The position numbers and the translations under genes are program-made. From positions 1 to 34,346 of IMG/VR virus record IMGVR_UViG_3300027769_000079: 34,346 bases of DNA. One strand, written 5' to 3'. The notes under the pieces were generated by a model. It was not told the origin of the DNA and did no database searches. It saw only the letters and a list, made by a program, of their open reading frames with translations. Below, one piece after another: positions 20,411 through 29,092 of the stretch (its first letter is position 1; each line of letters starts with the position of its first letter). The stretch comes from a virus (Duplodnaviria > Caudoviricetes).

Positions 20411-21267
20411 TAACAAAGTTTGGAAAAAGATTTTTAACTAGTTATATTGCAGGAACATCCTCTCTAGATTTAAAAGAGATGGCATTAGGAATTGCAACAA
20501 ATACCGAGTACCCCTTGGCGGATACAAATTCAAGATTAGGATTTGAGTTTTATAGAGTTCCAATTAGGCAGGGTGGAATTGATATTGATGCAACAACATC
20601 TCCAGTAACGTATACAGTAATATTTTCTGCAATACTTCCTACAGATATAGCTGGAAAAATTAATGAGATTGGAATATACTCTGGCGTATCATCTTCTAGG
20701 AATATGTACACTGGTAGATTTATATCAGATTTCGAATTGCCGTACTCTTGGACTCCAACACCTACATTAGATCAAGTAAATAATAGAATTTCTGACAGCT
20801 CATTAGTCTTTACATCAAGCGGCACAAGCCCGCAGGAGTATAACTATCCATTAAGTGAACTTGATATTTCTGGATATAATCCCCTAGACACGCTGTGCCT
20901 TTCATACAAAGCCAATGATGCAAATTTAGCTTCAGTAAAGGTTAGACTATATAGTTCGGATTCAGACTATATTCAATTTACATTTACTGGACACTCTGTA
21001 GGAAGAAATATTAAACCTTTAGCCATGTCTTCTGGAGTAATTACTGGTACATTTAATTCTCAAAGTGTTACAAAGGTTGGGATTATAATTACACCAACAG
21101 GCGCACAAACATCTGTATCTATGGACGGCCTAAGAATAAATGATGAGGACACGTTTGACCCAGAGTATGGATTAATTGCTAGATCTTTGTTGACATCAGA
21201 AATGATTAAGGTAGTTGGAAGAGAAGCATCAATAGAGTTTAAACTAGACTTGTCGTTTGGAAGTTAA
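20407..21267 (+). CDS. Minor tail/baseplate protein
   Basis: SD AAGGAGG. N-terminus MITKFGKRFLTSYIAG..MALG..INEIGIY resembles baseplate/fibre-anchoring domains, with a central beta-sandwich. Confidence 0.65.
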   Translation: MITKFGKRFLTSYIAGTSSLDLKEMALGIATNTEYPLADTNSRLGFEFYRVPIRQGGIDIDATTSPVTYTVIFSAILPTDIAGKINEIGIYSGVSSSRNMYTGRFISDFELPYSWTPTPTLDQVNNRISDSSLVFTSSGTSPQEYNYPLSELDISGYNPLDTLCLSYKANDANLASVKVRLYSSDSDYIQFTFTGHSVGRNIKPLAMSSGVITGTFNSQSVTKVGIIITPTGAQTSVSMDGLRINDEDTFDPEYGLIARSLLTSEMIKVVGREASIEFKLDLSFGS

Positions 21268-21270
21268 TGC

Positions 21271-23376
21271 ATGGCTGGCAAATACGATGATTTAGGAATT
21301 ACTCAAACTAAAGACGGAGATTACTATGACGTCATTATTCCAAACTTAAATCTAAGTACAGAGTATGAGCTTCAAGTTGCTTGGGTGTATGCAGATAAAA
21401 CTTTAGGTATTAGCGAGTATTCAGACCCTTATACATTTGTAACGACAGGTGAGCAGCCATTAAATAAACCAAGATTTCTTCAATCTGATTTGACTACATC
21501 TTTAAATGCGCTTATTGTTAATTGGTCTGGGCTAGATTACCTAGGCAGCGTTTACCCAAAAAGTTTTGATAGAGTTGACATATATGTAAAAGGTGGAGAT
21601 TTTGGAAACACTTATGTTGTTGCTGGAAGCTTTAAAGAAGCTGGCAAGCAAACAATTATTGCACAGGCTGGAACATATTATGTAAAACTAAGAGCAGTAA
21701 GCAAGCTTGGAACCCCATCAGATTTTAGCGATGAGTGGTCAGCAGATACTTCTAATCCAGGAGAAGTTATTGAGCCCCCAACTCTTCCAATTGGACTAAC
21801 AGTCTCAAGCACTGCATTTGGAATTTCTGTAAACTGGAATGGTGCATACCAAGCAAATGATCCTTTTTCTGGATTTAAAACAATTGAGGTTTATGCAACA
21901 ACAAATGCAACATTAGGCGCTAGTACAACTACAGCATTTGCAAGTACAGCACTGGTAGCAAATTTAACAGTAACTCAATCTTTAAATAGACAAAATGTTG
22001 GAATTGATAATCTCAAGCAGGCACTAGGACTTGCAACATCTGAAGCAGTTTATGCAGCAAATGTTTATTTTTATTACATAGCATACAACAAAAATAACGA
22101 GCCTTATAAAGTTGGCGGTGTTGCAACATACACTCGGATTAGTGCAACTCCTCTGTCTCCAACCAAAGCTAACTTAATTGATTTAGAAAACGGAATTATA
22201 TCAATTGAAAACTTAGTTGCTGGAAATGGAAAGTTTACTTCATGGCTAAGAGCAGGATCAGATGTTGGTGGAGCACGAATAGAATTAAATGGTGGGAGCA
22301 GCTTTGCAGATGGGGCAACTGGAAGATCAATACTAGATGGATTTACAGTATATAGTTCTGGCAATAGTCCAATATTTAGAGCAAGCACAACAAGCGGAAC
22401 CGTAACTTTTGGTGGGTATACACCATCAGATATTGCTACAATACAATCAACAGCTACATCAAAAACAAAAATATTTAGGCAAGCAACAACCCCAACTTCA
22501 ATTACAATCGGAGATTTATGGATTAATACTGCAGACACTACAATTGGTAGAAACACAATATATGTTGCTACAATGGTTGGAGCAAACTCAATAACAACCG
22601 ATCCAACACCTGGTTGGAATGTTTCAAAAGATAGCGACATAACTACAGCTTTATTAAAAGCTGGCGGGTTTGATTCAAATGGAAATATTAATAGAGCCAT
22701 TCAGATTCCAACTCCAAATGGCACTTCAGCAGGATCAATTTATTCTGTAAAAAGCTCTTATACAGATACAACATCAGGATGGTTCCTTGGATGGGATGGA
22801 ACCTCTGTAAATAGCTCTCCAGTAATACACATAGGAAATTTAAATAACTGGTTTAAGTGGACAGGTTCTGCAATAGATGTTAAAGGATCATTTACTACAA
22901 CTGGAACCCAGTCTGGCCTGCTTGGTGGCACTACTAATTTAACTACAACTTTAAGCGCTGGTAAATTATCATTATCTTCAGATCAGACAACTGGTTTTAT
23001 GGATTGGGCAAATGCTGCTGTGCTAGGAGTTTCAAGCACAGACTCTAAAGCAACTATTTCCCCTGCTGGAATAGCAATCTCACATACTGGATTGTCTTCT
23101 GGGTTTTCCATTTCTTATGTTCCAGGTGGCGGATACGCAAACATTATTGTGTCTGGGGGCGGTTCTCCACTAATTAGATGGGTTAATTATCAAGGCAGCG
23201 AAAGAACTGCAAACTTAATGCTAGGGGATATTGCAAATAGACCACTAGTTGTTACAGATCAAGGCCTACAGTATCTTGGAGCACAAAATTATTATACAAA
23301 TTCCTCTTCAGCAACCATGGCTACGGCTACATGGGGAGTAGATGGAGATTTAGCTTTTAGTACGAATGCGAATTAG
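21271..23376 (+). CDS. Tail fibre/minor tail protein with FN3-like domains
   Basis: 701 aa. FN3-like motifs (NLNLSTEYELQV; GTYYVKLRAVSKLGTPSDFS), KIFRQATTPTSITIGDLWINT motif, Ser/Thr/Gly-rich. Confidence 0.7.
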   Translation: MAGKYDDLGITQTKDGDYYDVIIPNLNLSTEYELQVAWVYADKTLGISEYSDPYTFVTTGEQPLNKPRFLQSDLTTSLNALIVNWSGLDYLGSVYPKSFDRVDIYVKGGDFGNTYVVAGSFKEAGKQTIIAQAGTYYVKLRAVSKLGTPSDFSDEWSADTSNPGEVIEPPTLPIGLTVSSTAFGISVNWNGAYQANDPFSGFKTIEVYATTNATLGASTTTAFASTALVANLTVTQSLNRQNVGIDNLKQALGLATSEAVYAANVYFYYIAYNKNNEPYKVGGVATYTRISATPLSPTKANLIDLENGIISIENLVAGNGKFTSWLRAGSDVGGARIELNGGSSFADGATGRSILDGFTVYSSGNSPIFRASTTSGTVTFGGYTPSDIATIQSTATSKTKIFRQATTPTSITIGDLWINTADTTIGRNTIYVATMVGANSITTDPTPGWNVSKDSDITTALLKAGGFDSNGNINRAIQIPTPNGTSAGSIYSVKSSYTDTTSGWFLGWDGTSVNSSPVIHIGNLNNWFKWTGSAIDVKGSFTTTGTQSGLLGGTTNLTTTLSAGKLSLSSDQTTGFMDWANAAVLGVSSTDSKATISPAGIAISHTGLSSGFSISYVPGGGYANIIVSGGGSPLIRWVNYQGSERTANLMLGDIANRPLVVTDQGLQYLGAQNYYTNSSSATMATATWGVDGDLAFSTNAN

Positions 23377-23379
23377 CAT

Positions 23380-26157
23380 ATGCCCATATATAGAAAATCA
23401 GGAGGCTCCTGGACAACCATTAGGAGTATTTATAGAAAATCTGGTGGAGTATGGACATCTATAGAAAATGTTTATAGAAAAGCAGGCGGTGTATGGAATA
23501 GCGTATTCCTAAGAAACAATTCTCCAGTAATACAAAATAGAGTTACTATAGCATCTGATGTTTCTTATATAGGAGATGGTCAGTTTGCTACTTTAACTGG
23601 AAGAAATTACTCATGGACTCCAACATCTGGATTAACATTGACTTATCGTTTTGAAAAATCTACAACTATAGATTTTGCTTCTGTAACACTAATATCGTCT
23701 GGAAATATATCAAACCCAGCTTCTGGATCATCTAATACAGTAACTCAAGCAGTATATCCAGCTGCATTTTCACAGACTGATATGTACTTTAGGTTTAAAG
23801 TTACTGCCGTAAATTCTTCTGGAACAACTGTATCCGTAAGTGATGTAGTAGGTGTTTCATATTATGGAACACCAGTTCCACAATCCCCTTACCCTGAAAT
23901 TACTGGCAGCACTACAGTAGGAAATAATGCATTTGGAAATATTGGTGTGTGGACTAATTCTCCAACATCTTATAGCTATAGATGGTATTTTATGAGTGGG
24001 GCAACAAGCTACCCACTTACATTTGAGCAGTCAAGATCTGTTTCAAATAAAAGTTTATCTGGGTTTACAGCCACTATTATAACTTCTACAAACCATGGAT
24101 ATAAAACATCAGATGTAGTTTCAATCTCATCTGTTGACTCCTTGCTTAATAAATCAACTGCAACAATTTTTTCTGTTACAAATAACTCTTTTTCGTATAC
24201 TATTACTACACCAACTGCTTGGGTGGATGCTGGCACATCGTATTCTTCTGGAACATATGTATCTTATTTAGGAAATGTTTACCAAGCAATTAACTCAATA
24301 TCTTCAGTTTCAGTATACAATGGCGGAACAATATACTCATCTGGAGCAATTGTATTTGCAAACAGTAATAGATACCAGTCAAGGGTTAGTAATAATATAG
24401 GCAACTCAGTTACGAATACAACATACTGGACCTCACTTGGTAGCTATACACCAACTGGACCACAATGGACACTGCAAAATTTTTCAAACACTGCTTCATC
24501 TGGAACAACAACTGGTCCAAATTATTATGAAGGGACATCTTCATATTCAACATCATTTTTATTAACAGTTCCAGCAACTGATTATAAGTCTACATTAAAC
24601 ATGATAGACAAAGCTTTGTATTTTGCGGTAAAAGCATATAATCCAGCAACCTCTTCTCCATCAGAATATTCAAATTATAAATTGGTATACGGATTTCCAG
24701 TAATTAATTTAGGTGCCACAACAATAGCAGACACATCTTTTTCTATAGCTTATACATCATCATATATGACTAAGTATATAGTTGATGCAAAATTTGGAGG
24801 TGTATCTGTAAGTACATATCCAAAAACAATAACCTCGCCATCAAGCCCAATACAAGTAACTGGTTTATCTGCTGGAAGAAACTATGATATTTATGTTACT
24901 CCTTACAATGGAGAAAATACAGCAGGAACAATAAAGTCAAAAAACGAAACTACTACATCTGCACCTACAACTCCTACTATAATAACAGTAACTTCTGGAT
25001 ATCCAAACGATGCAGTATCAGTTTCTTTTTCTGGAGGAAGCGGTCCATTTTATCAAATGTATTGGACAGCATCTGCAACAGCACCATCTGGCATTACAAA
25101 CCCAGATGCATCTGGAAGTTCATCACCTTTAACAGATGCTTCTGGTCCATCATTAGCTGGCACATACTATATGTATGTTAGATCAACTAAGGTGCAAGGC
25201 TATACAGGAATAGATTCCGCACAGGCAAGCCCTTGGAGCGCAGGAACTCAATTTATTATTAGCAATAGGCCTGCAATTGCATTTTCATACGGAGCTGCAA
25301 CATCAGCATCTGGAGGTTGGTCTGCATCTATAAATAGTGGAACTCAATCTGGAGCAGTTTACTCATTGGTATCAGTATCTGCTGGATCTGCATCGGTAAG
25401 CTCTTCAACAGGTGCAATTACTGCGTCAGGGTTGGCACCTGGACAAAGCTCTACTGTGGTAGTTAGAAAATCTGTTACTAGCTATCAAGATACAACAGCT
25501 TCAGCATCTGGAACAGCAACTAATCCTGTTTACAGTATAACATTTGATCCAAGTGGATATGTTTCTGGGCTTTCAAACACAAGAGTAACTAGCCCTACTC
25601 CAAGTACAATTAGAACTGGAACTGTTGGCCAGTCAGCTCTTGCTCCAGCCAACCCGACACCACCTTCAGGTTATACATTTGCTGGCGTTTGGAGAGATGA
25701 CTCTCCATTTAATTATGTAAACCAAGTTAACTCTGGTGGATCTTGGACTATAACTGCAACAAATAAAACATTCTATGCATACTATAATACAATTGTTCCA
25801 AATATTTCTCAAATTGTTGTAGCTGGAAATGTTACTGCTGGAGTTACATGTACTGTAACTGGAAGCAACCTAGGTTCAATAGAGTACACATTCTTTGCAA
25901 GAGATACTGCAACTTCTGCATGGGTTCAAATTTCTGCTGGAACAGCAGCACCAAGCAGCAGCACTTCTGCTACAATTGCTACAACAGGAAAAACTACTGG
26001 AGCTTTGCCAGATCAATACTACGTTCAGATGATTCCATATTTTGGGCCAAGAAGCACATCTGGTGCAAATGGTGGGACAGGAACCTCTGGAACATTAAGA
26101 AGCACAATAGGAAGTCCAAAAAACAATAACGCTGGAAGCGTTACAGTTAATTTCTAA
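23380..26157 (+). CDS. Putative receptor-binding/adhesin tail protein (Ig/FN3, CBM5/12-like and InlB B-repeat-like domains)
   Basis: 925 aa, very Ser/Thr-rich. VTGLSAGRNYDIYVTPYN (FN3), W..G.SYSSGTYVSYLGNVYQA (CBM5/12-like), PANPTPPSGYTFAGVW...TFYAYY (B-repeat-like). Confidence 0.7.
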   Translation: MPIYRKSGGSWTTIRSIYRKSGGVWTSIENVYRKAGGVWNSVFLRNNSPVIQNRVTIASDVSYIGDGQFATLTGRNYSWTPTSGLTLTYRFEKSTTIDFASVTLISSGNISNPASGSSNTVTQAVYPAAFSQTDMYFRFKVTAVNSSGTTVSVSDVVGVSYYGTPVPQSPYPEITGSTTVGNNAFGNIGVWTNSPTSYSYRWYFMSGATSYPLTFEQSRSVSNKSLSGFTATIITSTNHGYKTSDVVSISSVDSLLNKSTATIFSVTNNSFSYTITTPTAWVDAGTSYSSGTYVSYLGNVYQAINSISSVSVYNGGTIYSSGAIVFANSNRYQSRVSNNIGNSVTNTTYWTSLGSYTPTGPQWTLQNFSNTASSGTTTGPNYYEGTSSYSTSFLLTVPATDYKSTLNMIDKALYFAVKAYNPATSSPSEYSNYKLVYGFPVINLGATTIADTSFSIAYTSSYMTKYIVDAKFGGVSVSTYPKTITSPSSPIQVTGLSAGRNYDIYVTPYNGENTAGTIKSKNETTTSAPTTPTIITVTSGYPNDAVSVSFSGGSGPFYQMYWTASATAPSGITNPDASGSSSPLTDASGPSLAGTYYMYVRSTKVQGYTGIDSAQASPWSAGTQFIISNRPAIAFSYGAATSASGGWSASINSGTQSGAVYSLVSVSAGSASVSSSTGAITASGLAPGQSSTVVVRKSVTSYQDTTASASGTATNPVYSITFDPSGYVSGLSNTRVTSPTPSTIRTGTVGQSALAPANPTPPSGYTFAGVWRDDSPFNYVNQVNSGGSWTITATNKTFYAYYNTIVPNISQIVVAGNVTAGVTCTVTGSNLGSIEYTFFARDTATSAWVQISAGTAAPSSSTSATIATTGKTTGALPDQYYVQMIPYFGPRSTSGANGGTGTSGTLRSTIGSPKNNNAGSVTVNF
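23386..23508 (+). repeat. Three tandem 14-aa (42-nt) repeats (I/V)YRK(S/A)GGxW
   Basis: IYRKSGGSWTTIRS / IYRKSGGVWTSIEN / VYRKAGGVWNSVF; TATAGAAAA recurs at 42-nt spacing. Confidence 0.9.
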
Positions 26158-26166
26158 TAAGGAGAA

Positions 26167-26394
26167 ATGATGACATACGAATATAAATACTTGAATAAAC
26201 AAGAAAAAATTGATGCAATTAGAATAAGGCAGAAGATAAATGAGGCTGATATTTATGAATTTGAGCTACATATTGCAGAATTGAATATAGCAGAAATCAA
26301 AGAGAATGATGTAATTCAAGAGTACACTACCAGAATTAACGATAAAATAAGTCAAAATGCCATGCTAGACTTGATGATAACACAGTTAGGATAA
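26167..26394 (+). CDS. Small coiled-coil hypothetical protein
   Basis: 75 aa after AAGGAG; resembles the next ORF. Confidence 0.7.
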   Translation: MMTYEYKYLNKQEKIDAIRIRQKINEADIYEFELHIAELNIAEIKENDVIQEYTTRINDKISQNAMLDLMITQLG

Positions 26395-26399
26395 GCCTA

Positions 26400-26428
26400 T
26401 TGTAAATAAAACTATAGGATGCTATAAT
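26400..26428 (+). promoter_or_regulatory. Sigma70/SigA-type promoter
   Basis: TTGTAA (26400-26405) - 17 bp - TATAAT (26423-26428) with TG extension, followed by SD AAGGAGG. Confidence 0.75.
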
Positions 26429-26445
26429 ATGAAAGGAGGAATAAA

Positions 26446-26664
26446 ATGACAACAATTTTAACAAATGAAGAAAAGTCTGCAATTATAAATCAGCATATTA
26501 AAAATATTGAATATTCAATTTACAACTTAGAGATTTCAGTTATTGAAGAAGAAGCTGTTTCAACTCCAGACTCTACTAAAGTTACCAGCCTTAATTCTGA
26601 AATTACAGAATTAAACGCAAAAAAGGCGGCTCTTACAGCAGAGCTAGCATTACTTACAGCATAG
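26446..26664 (+). CDS. Small coiled-coil hypothetical protein
   Basis: 72 aa with strong SD AAAGGAGG. Confidence 0.75.
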   Translation: MTTILTNEEKSAIINQHIKNIEYSIYNLEISVIEEEAVSTPDSTKVTSLNSEITELNAKKAALTAELALLTA

Positions 26665-26673
26665 GAATAAATC

Positions 26674-26853
26674 ATGGCAGATAGATCAGAGCTAATCATA
26701 GCTGCATTGCAGCAAAGAATTGGTGAACTAGTTGTAAATTATGAAACCCAAATAGCTGTCTTGCGAGCAGATTTAACACAGATGGTTGATGAAAAAAATA
26801 ATAAAGAAGAAGCAATTAAAGAGTATGAAAAAAGTTTAGGAGATTTAAAATGA
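26674..26853 (+). CDS. Small coiled-coil hypothetical protein (59 aa, not in ORF track)
   Basis: MADRSELIIAALQQRIGELVVNYETQIAVLRADLTQMVDEKNNKEEAIKEYEKSLGDLK*. AGGA upstream, fills the gap, ATGA overlap with the next gene. Confidence 0.8.
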   Translation: MADRSELIIAALQQRIGELVVNYETQIAVLRADLTQMVDEKNNKEEAIKEYEKSLGDLK

Positions 26854-27272
26854 CAACAGAAGTATTTCAGGATGGCGAGCCAGTAGACCCAGATAAGCTG
26901 AGAGGTTTACAGAACCAAATAAATGCTATTAAAAAAACTGCAGACAGTTCATATGCACTTAGTCAAAGTACAGCTAACGATATAACTGTCTTAAAGGTGA
27001 TGCACCTTGCTGCAGGACAAATGAAGTTTCCATCATTAAAAAAGGGCGGAAATAATAGACTGGAAATCCCTCATGAGTGGGGATCAAACTATAAAGCATC
27101 TTTCGTAGTAGCTACACCCAGAATTACAGGCTCAAAATCAATTACTGGTTGGGCAATCAGCGGTAAATTTGACTCAGAAGTTTTAACTGTATATGCTAGC
27201 GCAGATGTAAATGAGCCAGTTGTTTTTAATTGGATTAGCGCAGGACAAAAAATACTGACTGATACCGAATAA
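26850..27272 (+). CDS. Hypothetical protein, probable short tail-associated protein
   Basis: 140 aa, SD AGGAG. N-terminal FQDGEPVDPDKL plus coil, and a C-terminal beta domain ending VVFNWISAG. Confidence 0.6.
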   Translation: MTTEVFQDGEPVDPDKLRGLQNQINAIKKTADSSYALSQSTANDITVLKVMHLAAGQMKFPSLKKGGNNRLEIPHEWGSNYKASFVVATPRITGSKSITGWAISGKFDSEVLTVYASADVNEPVVFNWISAGQKILTDTE

Positions 27273-27278
27273 AGTCTA

Positions 27279-27306
27279 TTGACACACCGCATCAATATGT
27301 TACAAT
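27279..27306 (+). promoter_or_regulatory. Promoter for the phosphoesterase/replication operon
   Basis: TTGACA (27279-27284) - 16 bp - TACAAT (27301-27306) with TG extension. Confidence 0.7.
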
Positions 27307-27318
27307 TGCTATAACATT

Positions 27319-27340
27319 AAGCCACGACATCGTGGCTTTT
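27319..27340 (+). terminator. Terminator-like hairpin
   Basis: AAGCCACG-ACAT-CGTGGCTT followed by TT and an AT tract. Confidence 0.6.
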
Positions 27341-27359
27341 ATATATATTAAGGGTTTTC

Positions 27360-28160
27360 ATGAGTAACGATTTAAAGTGGATGATTTCATCCGACCAGCA
27401 ATTTCCATATCAGGATGATAAGATGATCGCACTTTGGTTCAAGGTCATGAAGTGGTTTAAGCCAGATGTTGTAGACTATTTGGGAGACACAGATGACCAA
27501 GCATGCTATAGCAAGTATACAGAAGGAAGATCTGCAGAATTTTTAAATCTTCATAAAACTGATAGTAGAGACCTTATTGTTCCAATGATGCGTCATGAAG
27601 CAAAAGGCGCTAGAGATTTTTATACAAAGACAAGAGAAATGCTACCAGAGGCTCAGCTTTTTTCAGCGTTAGGAAATCACGATGTTAGAATTTTTAACTA
27701 TGTAGATGCAAAGCTTCCAGATTATATTAATGAGGTTACTCCAGAAGCACTATGGGGATTAGATTCATTGGGTTACGAATATATTCATTATAATGAATTG
27801 CCTAAACGCCGCTTTGGAGATATACACGTTCACCATGGACTTTCAATTGCAGCAACTGGATCTGTTCGTAAAGATATGGAAGATCTACAGGTGTCTTTAA
27901 TTAGAGGCCACTCACATAGAATTGCTTCTCACCTAGTAACATATGAACTAAGAAACGGTGGAGAAGGAGAAACTCTTCGTGGATATGAGCTTGGTCACAT
28001 GTGTGATGAAAAGGGACCAGGAATGAAATACATGCAGCACCATGATTGGCAAAAAGGTTTTGCTATTGCACATATTGTAAATGACTATCCACACATTCAA
28101 ATGATTCATGTGGCTCCAGATTACTCATGTGTTGTTGACGGGAAGCTATTTACACTATGA
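27360..28160 (+). CDS. Calcineurin-like metallophosphoesterase
   Basis: Motifs SSDQQ, GDTDD, GNHD, HHG, GHSH in canonical order. Confidence 0.85.
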   Translation: MSNDLKWMISSDQQFPYQDDKMIALWFKVMKWFKPDVVDYLGDTDDQACYSKYTEGRSAEFLNLHKTDSRDLIVPMMRHEAKGARDFYTKTREMLPEAQLFSALGNHDVRIFNYVDAKLPDYINEVTPEALWGLDSLGYEYIHYNELPKRRFGDIHVHHGLSIAATGSVRKDMEDLQVSLIRGHSHRIASHLVTYELRNGGEGETLRGYELGHMCDEKGPGMKYMQHHDWQKGFAIAHIVNDYPHIQMIHVAPDYSCVVDGKLFTL

Positions 28161-28348
28161 TGATGAAGTGTCAAAAATGCAATGGCAGGGTTTTTATAGA
28201 TAGAGTATTTTCTCAAAAATTACATATGGAAATGTTTTGCGTGATGTGCGGGAAACGATGGATGATTAATAAAGATACGAGCCCACTAGGAAAATGGTTA
28301 GAGAAATTAGAAAAAGCAAAAGAAAAAAGCTTAGCTATTTCTTCCTAA
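28157..28348 (+). CDS. Small zinc-ribbon protein
   Basis: CQKC...CVMCG; ATGA overlap with the upstream gene. Confidence 0.7.
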   Translation: MMMKCQKCNGRVFIDRVFSQKLHMEMFCVMCGKRWMINKDTSPLGKWLEKLEKAKEKSLAISS

Positions 28349-28776
28349 ACAATAAGATACACAAGGTGATCAGTTCTTCTTGGGCAAAGGATGAGCTGAC
28401 CGCCTGGTGCTATCCAGATAAAAAAAGAGTAATGTATTCTTATTCTCAAGTGGTTAAAAGTATGGAGAATGCATATTCTACAAAACAAGTTTCTCAGATA
28501 TTAAATAAGCATAAGGTTACAATTGAAGATTATATTTTAGATGGTAAGATAAGGTACCCTCAAAAAGTTTATCCTATTGGAAACCCAGACAGCGATTGGT
28601 ATAAGTTTATGTATAGCGAATCGGACATAATGGACATACATGATTTTATATTAGAGGCTGGATATTCAAAAGATATGCCATCAAAAAATGAACTAAGGGC
28701 CCTTCTCAAACACAATACAATATTGTATACTAAGACAACAGAAGGAAACTTTGTTCCAGTATGGAAGGCAGAATAG
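28294..28776 (+). CDS. Putative helix-turn-helix DNA-binding protein
   Basis: AYSTKQVSQILNKHKVTIEDYILDGKI...YSESDI matches the MerR/excisionase-like HTH pattern. Confidence 0.65.
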   Translation: MVREIRKSKRKKLSYFFLNNKIHKVISSSWAKDELTAWCYPDKKRVMYSYSQVVKSMENAYSTKQVSQILNKHKVTIEDYILDGKIRYPQKVYPIGNPDSDWYKFMYSESDIMDIHDFILEAGYSKDMPSKNELRALLKHNTILYTKTTEGNFVPVWKAE

Positions 28777-28883
28777 TGTCAGGTAGAGTTGTAGTTTGTG
28801 ATATATGTAAAAAAGAAATAGAATTACGTTGGGGCATTTTTGCTCATGACAGTTTAAGTAGGCATCGGAAGGCGGAGCACTAA
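28776..28883 (+). CDS. 35-aa C2H2 zinc-finger-like microprotein (not in ORF track)
   Basis: GTG 28776: MSGRVVVCDICKKEIELRWGIFAHDSLSRHRKAEH*. One-base overlaps with both neighbours (TAGTG, TAATG). Confidence 0.7.
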   Translation: MSGRVVVCDICKKEIELRWGIFAHDSLSRHRKAEH

Positions 28884-29092
28884 TGGAAAAAGGAACGCAT
28901 GTCAGAGTCGATCTATCGTTTACACGCAACCTTGGAAATTTTGAAAGCATAAAAATTGGTATAGGTGTTGATGATTTTGTAAGAGACGGAGAGACAGTTG
29001 ATGCTGCAACAGACAGAGTCTATAAGTTTGTTGAGGATAAGCTAATTCAAAAGACTCAAGAAGTTGAAGAGGAATTACGTGGCAGTAAATAA
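28883..29092 (+). CDS. Hypothetical protein
   Basis: 69 aa, GGAG SD, motif SFTRNLGNFESIKI. Confidence 0.7.
   Translation: MEKGTHVRVDLSFTRNLGNFESIKIGIGVDDFVRDGETVDAATDRVYKFVEDKLIQKTQEVEEELRGSK

Noticed and set aside
23386-23508. 42-nt periodic repeats as a possible CRISPR array or DGR-type repeat
   Set aside because: They are in-frame degenerate coding repeats without unique spacers, and no cas or reverse transcriptase gene is present in the window.
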